Positions 36,911 to 46,113 of a DNA stretch of 64,000 bases are shown one piece after another. The stretch covers positions 165,184 to 229,183 of the forward strand of contig CAZETU010000001.1 in assembly GCA_964514585.1 (NCBI GenBank), read 5' to 3'. This stretch comes from Candidatus Woesearchaeota archaeon. GTDB lineage: Archaea > Nanobdellota > Nanobdellia > Pacearchaeales > GW2011-AR1. Under the pieces are notes generated by a model. It ran no database searches, was not told the origin of the DNA, and was given only the letters and a program-made list of their open reading frames with translations. The translations under genes and the position numbers were made by a program. How positions within the stretch are numbered: the stretch's first letter is position 1; every line of letters begins with the position of its first letter.

Positions 36911-37591
36911 TTAAGGAAGGTTAGACAATTCAACCCATAAAATTACGTCTGCAAGAATTCTGGAATCTTTAATTTGTAAGCCCGAAGCCTTTGCTATCTT
37001 TTTCATATCCTCAAGGCTATATGATTTTGATTTTAATCCACTTTCTGAATAAAATATCTCATCAACTTCATTAATTTTAAAAATTTTAATTCCTACAGTT
37101 TTATACCAATTCTTTCTGTCCTCTAGGGTTCCTTTTAGATATACACTTATGAAAATACTTTTCTTGGTCACTTGTGAAATTTGTTTTAAAGTTTGAACTT
37201 CGTCCTTAACATTCCCTAGGGTATTCCAAACACAAAGGCTAAAATCAAAATATTTTAAAGGAAACATTTTACTTATATCTTCCAAATCTCCTTGGAGAAT
37301 TTTAACATTAGAAAAATTCTTTGCAACTCTTCTTGACTCTTTTAGCATAAGATGTGCATTATCTATTCCTATGAATTCCTTTACAAATGGAGCAATTTTT
37401 GGAATTAATCTTCCGATCCCAACTCCTGCCTCAAGAATTTGAGATTTTATATTTAGCTTAGTTCTTAACAGCCTCATTTCATCATTTATATATTTTTGAT
37501 ATTTTTTGGGATAATATTTAGGAATCAGTGCTTTGAATTCTCCTTGTTCAAAATCTTCTCCTTCAAAAAACTTTTCTTTCATTACTCCCAC
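36911..37591 (-). CDS. Class I SAM-dependent methyltransferase (low-GC, T-rich locus)
   Basis: Motif I ILEAGVGIGRLIPKI and post-I acidic GIDNAHLML. Confidence 0.6.
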   Translation of the reverse strand: MGVMKEKFFEGEDFEQGEFKALIPKYYPKKYQKYINDEMRLLRTKLNIKSQILEAGVGIGRLIPKIAPFVKEFIGIDNAHLMLKESRRVAKNFSNVKILQGDLEDISKMFPLKYFDFSLCVWNTLGNVKDEVQTLKQISQVTKKSIFISVYLKGTLEDRKNWYKTVGIKIFKINEVDEIFYSESGLKSKSYSLEDMKKIAKASGLQIKDSRILADVILWVELSNLP

Positions 37592-37722
37592 AAGCTTTCT
37601 AATTATAAAAAACTTATCCCCCTATCTATCACAAGTACGTGGTCGACAACACTTAAAACGTTCACCCATGGAAGTCACAAAAGTCATGGACGCCCCAACC
37701 GACTCCCAGTAAAAGTACACAA

Positions 37723-37803
37723 GATAACGTACGAGATTCACTCTCGGGAGTTATCCCTAAAAATTCTGCAGAATTTTCCCAACGATTTTTTCACCAGAAA
37801 AAA
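37723..37803. repeat. Copy A of a ~85-nt three-hairpin element (candidate structured ncRNA / bidirectional terminator / protein-binding site)
   Basis: Hairpin 0 is GATAAC-GTA-CGAG-ATTCACT-CTCG-GGA-GTTATC. Hairpin 1 is AAAATTC-TGCA-GAATTTT, an 18-bp perfect palindrome. Hairpin 2 is TTTTTTC-ACCA-GAAAAAA. Copy B is at 45526-45607. Confidence 0.6.
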
Positions 37804-37812
37804 TGTTGATGT

Positions 37813-38181
37813 TTACACCTTCGCCATCGAGAACACAGTTTTCAGCGCAACAATAATCGTAGCAGGTACAAATAACACCAATAGCGATGTCAAAACATTC
37901 CTAAGAGCAGTCACAACATAATTATTCAAAGCAACATATTTCAAAGGCTCAACTCCAAGCGCCCCAACAATAACCAAAGAAAGACTCGCTAACAAAAAAG
38001 TTTGAGAATTTTTATCGCCAACATTCATAAAACCAACGATAAGACCAATAAGAACCAAAGCAGAATAAAACAGCCCACCAGCCTGCTCAAGCGATTTATT
38101 GAATAATCCAAAAACAATAGCCAAAACAACACCTGTCAAGAACGCATATGCCCCCAGCAAATTCTCTCTCGATTTCACCAT
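37813..38181 (-). CDS. Hypothetical membrane protein (4 TM)
   Basis: 122-aa hydrophobic ORF. Confidence 0.45.
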   Translation of the reverse strand: MVKSRENLLGAYAFLTGVVLAIVFGLFNKSLEQAGGLFYSALVLIGLIVGFMNVGDKNSQTFLLASLSLVIVGALGVEPLKYVALNNYVVTALRNVLTSLLVLFVPATIIVALKTVFSMAKV

Positions 38182-38290
38182 AATATTACATAATTCATAA
38201 ATTTATAAACTTTCTCTTAACTAGCTCAAATCAATATTATCCAAAAAGTATCGAAAAGTTTATAAAGTGACGTAATTCAATAATTACAAC

Positions 38291-40042
38291 ATGAAACAAA
38301 ACAAATTCACAATTTTGGGGATTTTCGCAGTTTTACTTCTAACTTTAGGTTTGGTTAGCGCAACGACAAGTAGCGTTATGTCAATCGACAATTTAATTAC
38401 CCCAACAAGTGTAGCAGAGAACGCAGGTTCTTTCACGTTCACTTTTAATATAACTTACACAGGAGCATCTTCAGACGCAAACATTTCTTTCGCAGATTCA
38501 ATTGTTTCAACTTTCGGGACATTAGTAATCCCAAACGCAGAAAATATGGATGGTGTTGCATCTGAAACAAAAACAATTACAGGAACAGTATCAAACTTCG
38601 CAGATAAAGGCGGACAGGACTTAATAGTTACAATAAACGCAACAAAAGATTCAGCAAGAGACGATGAAACAAATTTCACAGTTTCAATTACTGACGTAAC
38701 AACAGACGTATACGGATGTATGGACTCAAGCGCAAACAACTACGACTCATCTGCAACAGTAGATGACGGATCGTGTACATACGACGACCCGAACTACAAC
38801 TTCTGTGAAATTAACGGAAATGTAGGAGACTTAGAAATAGCAGACTTTGTAATAAACAACCTTGGAAGAGGAGAAGATGAAGAGTGGGAATTACTTGATG
38901 AAGTAGAAATCGAAGTAGAAATCGAAAACACACACAATACAGACGATGTAGATGATGTATTAGTAGAAATCAAAATCATGCACAACGGAGAAGACGTTAC
39001 AAGCGACTTCGATCTTGACAACGAAGAAGTAGACTTAGGAAGAATCAAAGACGACGAATCAGAAATAGCAATCTTCACAATTGACGAGGTCCCAGCAGAT
39101 CTTGACGAAGGCGATTATAAATTATATATTAAAGCATACTCAGAAAATGACGAAGATACGCAGTGTATAGCAGAATCAAATGACATGGACAAAGACACAT
39201 ATCAAGAAATCAAGATAAACAGAGAACACGATCCAGCAGTTGTTGTTAAAGAAGATATCTTAAAAGTCTCAGCTTCATGTGGAGACGAAAACGTAATGTT
39301 AGCTCTAAACGTATATAACTTAGGTTCAGATAAGGAAGAAAAGGTTTTGGTAACACTATCTAACTCACTCCTTGGAATAGATGAAAAGATAGTTATCGAT
39401 GACTTAAAGTCAGGAAAAAGGAAAGAAGTAACATTCTTCTTCGACGTCCCAGCAGACTTAACAAAAGAAATCTATGACTTAGAAGTTATGACCTATTTCG
39501 ACTACGACGATGACGAAGACGAAATGGACCTATTAGCTTATGATGAAGATTCAGACGAAATTGACGAAGACTACTCAGTAAGATTAGAAGTTTTATCTTG
39601 CCAAGGTCCTTCACCAACAATTAACGTAGCTTTAGAATCTGAAATGACTCTAGGCGAAGAATTAGTAGTAAAAGCTAGGATAACAAACAACGGAGCAGAA
39701 AACGATTTCGCGTTCACTATTGTAAACTACGAATCATGGGCAGAACTTGTAAGTGTGAGCACACAGTCTACATCAATCAATAAAGGAGAATTCGAAGAAA
39801 TCACAGTAACACTTATACCAAAAGAAGAAGGAGTCCATTCTTTCAATATCAACACGATATCTGACGGAGAAACATACACTCAGCCGGTATCAGTAAACGT
39901 CGCAGGAAGCCCAACAATCATCGAAGGAATCAGCGACCCAATCTTCTACATAATCATAGCAATCGTGGTAGTCTTAGTATTAATCCTTTTAACTTTGATT
40001 ATAAGAGTTGCATCTAGAGGAAGCAAATCTTCAGCTTATTAA
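38291..40042 (+). CDS. Acidic secreted surface protein with signal peptide and C-terminal TM anchor plus basic tail
   Basis: Signal peptide MKQNKFTILGIFAVLLLTLGLVSA. Long D/E-rich body. C-terminus ISDPIFYIIIAIVVVLVLILLTLIIRVASRGSKSSAY. TTTATAAA at -25. Confidence 0.55.
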   Translation: MKQNKFTILGIFAVLLLTLGLVSATTSSVMSIDNLITPTSVAENAGSFTFTFNITYTGASSDANISFADSIVSTFGTLVIPNAENMDGVASETKTITGTVSNFADKGGQDLIVTINATKDSARDDETNFTVSITDVTTDVYGCMDSSANNYDSSATVDDGSCTYDDPNYNFCEINGNVGDLEIADFVINNLGRGEDEEWELLDEVEIEVEIENTHNTDDVDDVLVEIKIMHNGEDVTSDFDLDNEEVDLGRIKDDESEIAIFTIDEVPADLDEGDYKLYIKAYSENDEDTQCIAESNDMDKDTYQEIKINREHDPAVVVKEDILKVSASCGDENVMLALNVYNLGSDKEEKVLVTLSNSLLGIDEKIVIDDLKSGKRKEVTFFFDVPADLTKEIYDLEVMTYFDYDDDEDEMDLLAYDEDSDEIDEDYSVRLEVLSCQGPSPTINVALESEMTLGEELVVKARITNNGAENDFAFTIVNYESWAELVSVSTQSTSINKGEFEEITVTLIPKEEGVHSFNINTISDGETYTQPVSVNVAGSPTIIEGISDPIFYIIIAIVVVLVLILLTLIIRVASRGSKSSAY

Positions 40043-40095
40043 TTCTCAAAAATCAAAGCACTAAAGTTTTTTAAACAACCTTTCAATGTAATTAT

Positions 40096-40653
40096 ATGGA
40101 CAAAGAATCCAAAAAAATCATAGGATTATTCTCGAGATACATCGTTATAATATTAGCAGGGCTCGGCAATTTATATTTGTTCTACAAAATTCTAACTCCA
40201 ATCACAATAGTAGTTCTAAGATGGGCGATATCCATCTTCACAACCCCCGTGTTCACAAATAATTTTATTTTCATCAAAGGTATAGCCATAATAGAAATCG
40301 TTCCAGCATGCATCGCAGGAGCCGCATTCTATCTATTGTTTATATTGATATTCTCAAGCGCAGATATAGAACCCATAAAAAGACTTTACGCAGCAATCAC
40401 AGCATTTGCAATACTATTCGTGCTAAACATCCTAAGAATACTGCTACTAATCCCCATGATCAGACTCTCATATTTCGCAGTACTTCATTGGACATTCTGG
40501 CACCTTCTATCAACAGTATTCGTACTAGCAGCATGGTTCGCTGTCGTAAAAATATACAAGATCAAATCAATACCAGGTTACTCAGATTTGAAATATATGA
40601 AAAGCCTAATGCAATCCGGAAAAAAGACCAAACGAAAGAAAAAGAATAAGTAA
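40096..40653 (+). CDS. Miniature exosortase/archaeosortase-family membrane protein (candidate sorting transpeptidase)
   Basis: 185 aa, 5 TM. Cys in VPACIAGAAFY (compare exosortase CSG), and N-x-x-R in VLNILRILLLIPM (compare the exosortase Asn/Arg motif). Sits immediately downstream of a C-terminally anchored surface protein. Confidence 0.4.
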   Translation: MDKESKKIIGLFSRYIVIILAGLGNLYLFYKILTPITIVVLRWAISIFTTPVFTNNFIFIKGIAIIEIVPACIAGAAFYLLFILIFSSADIEPIKRLYAAITAFAILFVLNILRILLLIPMIRLSYFAVLHWTFWHLLSTVFVLAAWFAVVKIYKIKSIPGYSDLKYMKSLMQSGKKTKRKKKNK

Positions 40654-41085
40654 TCCTGCAATCAATATTCCCAAAGCAATAGCAACAAAACTTCTAAACC
40701 TGTCCAACTCCATCATCCACGCCACAGCTGCCCCAGTCCAAGCCCCAGTCCCCGGAAGTGGAATCGCAACGAAAAACATCAACGCAAGATAACCCCAATC
40801 ATTCATCTTGAGTTTAATCTTCTCAGACTTATGATGAACTTTGTTTAAGAATCGTCCAACGACAGCTCGATAAATCCTGTTTTTCATCAATAACTCATGC
40901 AAGAAATCTAAAAACAAAAAAACAAAAAATATCAATAAAATATTTAATATCAACACAATAAGAAAATAAGGCCAAACAGAAATCTGATTCCTAACACAAT
41001 ATTCAACAATAACAGGAAGCCCACCTCTCAATTCAAAAATCGGCAATATAGTCAGAAGAAGCCCAATTAAAATTTGAGTATCCAT
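40606..41085 (-). CDS. Small membrane protein, Sm_multidrug_ex-like (COG2426-type)
   Basis: LPIFELRGGLPV motif near the N-terminus, 4 TM. Confidence 0.4.
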   Translation of the reverse strand: MDTQILIGLLLTILPIFELRGGLPVIVEYCVRNQISVWPYFLIVLILNILLIFFVFLFLDFLHELLMKNRIYRAVVGRFLNKVHHKSEKIKLKMNDWGYLALMFFVAIPLPGTGAWTGAAVAWMMELDRFRSFVAIALGILIAGLLILFLSFGLFSGLH

Positions 41086-41771
41086 TATTTCTTTCCGCCA
41101 AAATCATCAAGAGTCTCAATCAAAAACTTCTCAACAGAGCTAATATCATTACAGTCATCAATATAAATTGTATAGCAATAAAGATTTTTTTCGTCTTGAG
41201 TTATTTTTGATTCATCACCTCTGTCCACAACAACCAAAGTCCTATCAGCAACAATCTCACACGTCGCATAAAGCCTCTCATTCTCTACAGCAACAAACTT
41301 ATCAGTCGAAGCAACTTCCAAGGCTCCAACCCCAACACCTTCTCTCAAAAAAGCACCCAAATCAATCATCGCCCTAGATATTTCACCTCGACACTCATCA
41401 ACTTCAGGGCTTATCGAAACAATTCCTCCATGCTTAAACATGTCAAAATTTCCCTCAACAGCAACGTCATTCTTTCTCGGATCTCCCCTCAAATAAATGT
41501 TATAGTTAAGGTTTGAACCATCTAATGCCGCAAATCTCCCGTGATAAATTCTCAAATTTTCATAATCCTCAATTCTCCAATCAGCGCCAACATATTCAAA
41601 ACTCTTAAGGCTCCCCATATAAAAATACGGAACAAAAAAGCTAGCAAAAAGAATAATAACAATTACAAAAAACCAAAGAGCCTGCCTATTCTCGTTCTTT
41701 TTCACAGACTCTTTAACATCAGCATCACCTTCAGTAACATTCTCTTTTTCAACTACTTCTTTCTTTGCCAT
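41085..41771 (-). CDS. Hypothetical N-terminally anchored extracellular protein
   Basis: 228-aa ORF with a single N-terminal TM. Translationally adjacent to neighbours downstream of the S-layer gene. Confidence 0.4.
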   Translation of the reverse strand: MAKKEVVEKENVTEGDADVKESVKKNENRQALWFFVIVIILFASFFVPYFYMGSLKSFEYVGADWRIEDYENLRIYHGRFAALDGSNLNYNIYLRGDPRKNDVAVEGNFDMFKHGGIVSISPEVDECRGEISRAMIDLGAFLREGVGVGALEVASTDKFVAVENERLYATCEIVADRTLVVVDRGDESKITQDEKNLYCYTIYIDDCNDISSVEKFLIETLDDFGGKK

Positions 41772-41780
41772 ATTCTAAAA

Positions 41781-42371
41781 TTAAAAATGTAAAACCTCAT
41801 ATAAAAATGCATCGGCTCCCTTTATATAATCACCGACGATATAAACACAGTTACCATTCTGATAGACCATATCTTCATCACCCTCCTCAAAAATTATCAA
41901 ATTACTATTGCAGTCCTTCACGGGCAAATCTCCGTTACAAAAACTCTCATTCAAATCCTCATCACTCCCATTAAACCCCTCTGGCATCACGCAGGCCTCC
42001 TGATACCTCAAAACATAATCAGCAATATTACTCAAAATTTCACTAACAGCTTGATTCGACCCAACAAAATAAATCGGTTGCCCAGTATATTGCCCGATAT
42101 CATAAACTCCTTCAATCGAAACATTCTCAACTTCTGAAGGCAAATTTTGAAAACCAAAAACTCGTCCATCAAGAGCAGCCTTCCAAAGTCCATTTTCTCT
42201 ATAAAAATCAATATCACCTTCAGTCACCTTCGATTTATCATCATCATCGCCATTAAATAAAGAATATCCTAACGGAGCTATCACCAATAACCCAATCATA
42301 ACGACTCCAATAATAATTTGATTCCGATGCCTTTTTTTATCAATTTCCGCCTGCGTTTGAATTTTTCTCAT
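41781..42371 (-). CDS. Hypothetical N-terminally anchored extracellular protein
   Basis: 196-aa ORF with a single N-terminal TM followed by a poly-D stretch. Confidence 0.4.
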   Translation of the reverse strand: MRKIQTQAEIDKKRHRNQIIIGVVMIGLLVIAPLGYSLFNGDDDDKSKVTEGDIDFYRENGLWKAALDGRVFGFQNLPSEVENVSIEGVYDIGQYTGQPIYFVGSNQAVSEILSNIADYVLRYQEACVMPEGFNGSDEDLNESFCNGDLPVKDCNSNLIIFEEGDEDMVYQNGNCVYIVGDYIKGADAFLYEVLHF

Positions 42372-42433
42372 GAATAACCATCGAAAAAAGACTTTAAAAA
42401 ACTAACCTCAGCAAGAAATTCATAAGTCTAAAA

Positions 42434-42480
42434 TAAAAAAAGCCCTTCAGGATCTTCCTTGCGGAAGACCCCGAAGGGCG
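42434..42480 (-). terminator. Intrinsic-terminator-like GC hairpin plus T7 tract in the 3' UTR of the S-layer gene
   Basis: Minus strand reads GCCCTTCGGGGTCTTCCGCAAGGAAGATCCTGAAGGGC followed by TTTTTTT. It is a nested 7-bp + 6-bp stem with a TTGC tetraloop. Confidence 0.5.
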
Positions 42481-42517
42481 AGTAAAAATAAAAAATAATA
42501 ATTTTCTATGTATTGAT

Positions 42518-44679
42518 TTATGCAGTAACTATAGTTCCTTCAGTAGCAGATGTGCCTTTTATCTTAGTTCCGACAGTTGTATCAACGTCTTCATTAATCA
42601 AATAAGTAACACCCTTTTCTGTATCAGGAGCATTGTAACCAGCAACTAATAGAGCAGTCTTTCCAGATCTACTAAAAGATTGGATCAAAAACTCACCAGC
42701 AGCGATACCTGTAGCAGATGTAAATGCAGCTTCACTGTATGCACCACCAAGTAACTCAGCAGCAACAGCGTTGATAGCAGAACCACCAACAACAATCAAG
42801 TTCTTTCCAGCAACAGTAGCAACAGCGTTGTCCATTACCGTCATAACACCAGCCTCTGTAGATGTACTAGCGTCACCGCCAGCAACAACAGAAACACGTG
42901 CATAAACTCGATCACTTGGAACACTAAAGACAATCTCATCGTTATCCAAGTTAGCCTCTGGAGTCTGGATAATCTGACCGTTTGTAGTCATGATATCGTT
43001 ATCATAAGTACCAACAGCAGTACCGCCAACAGTTAAGTCACCAGCAAGACCATCCTCTTTATCAGTAGTTTCACTGTCTCCACCGAACCACTTCAATTTA
43101 CCAGCAGTACCTGTCAAATTAACACCACCAACATCAATAGTAAATGGTTGAGCAGCCTCACCGTCAACGAAAGTTATCATCAAGTTACCATTTGTAACAG
43201 AAACATTCATTGCAACAGTAGTATCACCAGAAATCAAATCACCAATATCTTGACTAACAATATCTGCAGTAGCAGTATTATTACTGTCTGAAGTATGTGC
43301 TACAGAGAACCTTGGTCTGATAGAATCTTGAATAGTTCCATCAACGTCACTATAGAACACTTCTAACGAAGAGTTAACTTGAGTTCCTTGTGTCGCATCT
43401 GTAGAACTAGCCCATCTAAGATAAATCTTAGAAGTTTCTTGACTAAGTGTCTTTAATACGATAGAGTCCTTAACTCCATCAGTAGACTCAATAATCAAAA
43501 CAGGAGCATCTAATGTATTAGCAGTAGATGTCAAATCAGTATTGTTCCATAAGTCTTCTGTATCATCGAAGTAGATCTTGAAGTCTTCGTAAGTCACATC
43601 AGTTGTGCCTAAGAATTTAACTTCACCGAAGTTTTCTGGAAGCAAGTAACTTCCACCTTCGTAAACTACATCGTCAGTATCTCTAGTCTCCTTTTGGTTG
43701 TATTTCACACCAACGTAACCATTAACAGAGCTTAGGTCAGCCATAGTCCAAACCCAAGTTGGGTCGTCCTCGTCTTCGCCAATATATTCTTCTCCATCAC
43801 TATAAGTCTTGGAAATTTCTTTACCAGCCTTTATAATGATTTTGCTAAGTTCAGGAGCATTAGAATGATATCCTACAGTGTCAACCTTAACCTTTATGCC
43901 ACCAATCTTCTTAGTTGAACCTGCTGTGATAATCTCTCCATTAATTTGTGCTTTCCCCTCGAAAACATCATCAACTGTAAGAGTCACACCGTCAACGGTA
44001 GTACTCTCTCCAATTGCAAGAGAAATTTCATCAGAAGTAACAACTGTAATAGTAGTATTGGTCATAGAATCAATCTCATATTGCTTTCCAAGAAGAGTCA
44101 AGTAAAGAACGTCAGCAGTACCGCCAGCGGCAGCCCAATCTGCAGTTACATTAAAAGCATCGTCAAATACATATCTGTATTCAAGAGCTTTATCATTAGT
44201 CATAGCAAGAAGTTCACTAAAATCATTATCATCTAATGTAGTTTTAATGGCCATCGTACCAACTCTAATCTCTTCATGAATGTTATAATCATCAGCACCA
44301 GAAGCACCACCGTCATCCCAGTTGAGTTTTGTGTCAAGTAGAGAATCGATCTTACTATCTGTAAGTGTAGATGTTATTTTAGAAGCAGCACTAGACGTAG
44401 TTAAATTAATATAACCACCAAGAGCAACTTCATCTTCTGTAACTCCAGTAGCACCTGTTAAAGTTGTAACAGAACCACCTGCAGTTGCAGCATCCAAATT
44501 AGAAGCAATACTAGAAGCAGCAATATTGTCTGAAGGAGCTGCGTTAGCACCAACAACAATTGCAGTGTTACTTGTAAAAGGAGCCGGGTAAGAAGCAGCA
44601 ACAGCTGTACCTACAGTAGCACCTATTAAAGCAGCACTTCCTAATACTGTAATAGCTTTTCTAAATATTTTTTTCATTA
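42518..44679 (-). CDS. S-layer-like secreted protein (T/G/A/V/D-rich, Cys-free), start reassigned to MKKIFRK
   Basis: Strong Shine-Dalgarno AAAGGAGGT lies 11 nt upstream of the ATG at 44677-44679. Signal peptide MKKIFRKAITVLGSAALIGATVGTAVAAS. 720 aa. Confidence 0.6.
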
Positions 44680-44884
44680 TTATTAAACCTCCTTTCAGTA
44701 CCATTAGCTTAGCCGCCTTGTTCAAGGCCGTGGTAACCCACGTTCAACGTTTCTAATAGTCTGGCAGGATCTTATAACTAGGGAGCGTTATAAGTTGTCA
44801 TCTCTAGGGTGTCCCTATATGTACACTGACTAGTCAATGCATTATTGATAAACAATAACGCCTGACTATAACATCCATTTTTCC

Positions 44885-44963
44885 CTTATAAAGCTTTCCC
44901 CAGACATATTAGAAAATATTCGGTTTTTACACCCATTTTCACTGGTTTACTTATAAAGCTTTC
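44885..44963. promoter_or_regulatory. Duplicated 14-bp BRE/TATA-like motif CTTATAAAGCTTTC (2 copies 65 bp apart) upstream of the S-layer gene
   Basis: Copies lie at 44885-44898 and 44950-44963. The minus strand reads GAAAGCTTTATAAG, a purine BRE followed by a TATA box. Confidence 0.35.
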
Positions 44964-45126
44964 GTTGTCACGATAAAATATAACACATTTCAACATAGTT
45001 TTACATTCGATAAAATTATTTTTTCAAAATATGGGGTATAAAACACCACCTATACCTAAAGCATAAGGCTTATATATCTAAGTAGTTTTACCATATATAC
45101 AAAATTAGCCCAAAATCACACAAAAA

Positions 45127-45483
45127 ATGCCCCAAAAAAAGAAAACAAAAATAAGATATGTTGATGTAAATGTTAACAAAGGAAACTTCGTCTCAAAGTT
45201 AATGGGCGGCAAAAAAACCCACGATTTCTCAGATGTAAAACTCCTCAGAAGTCTACTGAGCAACGAAAAAGCACGAATTCTTTATGCCATAAAAACCCAA
45301 AAACCAAGATCAATTTACGGGTTAGCCAAACTCCTGGGTCGAGATTTCAAATCGGTCAGAGAAGATATTAAAGTCCTAGAAAGATTCGGCTTCATCGATT
45401 TTCATTCAGAAAAAGTCGGCAAAAGAGAATCCCTAATGCCAGTTCTGGTAGCAGACAGACTCCAAATAATCATAGATATCTAA
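45127..45483 (+). CDS. Winged-helix (ArsR/MarR/TrmB-like) transcriptional regulator
   Basis: Contains LLRSLLSNEKARILYAIKTQKPRSIYGLAKLLGRDFKSVREDIKVLERFGFIDF. TATA CATATATAC at -26. Confidence 0.5.
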   Translation: MPQKKKTKIRYVDVNVNKGNFVSKLMGGKKTHDFSDVKLLRSLLSNEKARILYAIKTQKPRSIYGLAKLLGRDFKSVREDIKVLERFGFIDFHSEKVGKRESLMPVLVADRLQIIIDI

Positions 45484-45525
45484 ATATACACAAGCGCCGA
45501 AAAGCGGCGCAACAAAAACACATAA

Positions 45526-45607
45526 GATATCGTACAAGATTCACTCTTGGAAGATATCCAAAGGAATTCTGCAGAATTCCCCCAAAGAATTTTGCACCAG
45601 CAAAATT
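45526..45607. repeat. Copy B of the three-hairpin element, preceded by GC hairpin GCGCCG-AAAA-CGGCGC (45494-45510)
   Basis: Hairpin 0 is GATATC-GTA-CAAG-ATTCACT-CTTG-GAA-GATATC. Hairpin 1 is GGAATTC-TGCA-GAATTCC. Hairpin 2 is AATTTTGC-ACCA-GCAAAATT. All three stems show compensatory changes relative to copy A. Confidence 0.6.
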
Positions 45608-45615
45608 TTTAACGT

Positions 45616-46113
45616 CTAAAAGACCTTACAAACCTTCATTCGAATTACTAAACTATCACTACCAGAAACAATACTTCTCTGCGAAGCCAAAACATTCCCC
45701 GTGCAATTCCCCTCATCTATCCTCAAAAGCCCCTGCGTCCCATCATCTTCCTTAACAAAAAAATCAAGCTGATAAGCATTCACACTTGCCTCACTTTCCA
45801 TCAAATCCCCCAAAATATCACTCAGACTCTCATTTAGATAATCACACGCAGAAACCCCCAAATTGCTGCACCGATCACCCTCATAACAACTCTTAAACAA
45901 ATCCTCAACAGCATCATAATCCGGCTCGTAAACAATCGCACAATCAGTCGTATATTTCATCAAAGCACTCAATATATGACTCGTCTCTAAACTATCGCTC
46001 TCATCCGGCCCATCTCTAAGCGAAATCACCAAAAAAACCATCAACCCAACAACAACCAACACAACTATCAAAACAAACCCAACCATCTCCTGCTGCCCCT
46101 TATTGTTCCTCAT
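45616..46113 (-). CDS. Class III signal peptide (archaeal type IV pilin-like) protein
   Basis: N-terminus MRNNKGQQEMVGFVLIVVLVVVGLMVFLV has the KG/Q prepilin-like cleavage motif followed by a hydrophobic helix. Confidence 0.5.
   Translation of the reverse strand: MRNNKGQQEMVGFVLIVVLVVVGLMVFLVISLRDGPDESDSLETSHILSALMKYTTDCAIVYEPDYDAVEDLFKSCYEGDRCSNLGVSACDYLNESLSDILGDLMESEASVNAYQLDFFVKEDDGTQGLLRIDEGNCTGNVLASQRSIVSGSDSLVIRMKVCKVF

Noticed and set aside
37717-45614. Possibility that element copies A and B are att-like direct repeats flanking an 8-kb integrated element
   Set aside because: The intervening segment contains the S-layer gene and ordinary envelope genes with host-like composition and no integrase. 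The covariation pattern argues for a structured RNA or operator rather than recombination sites.
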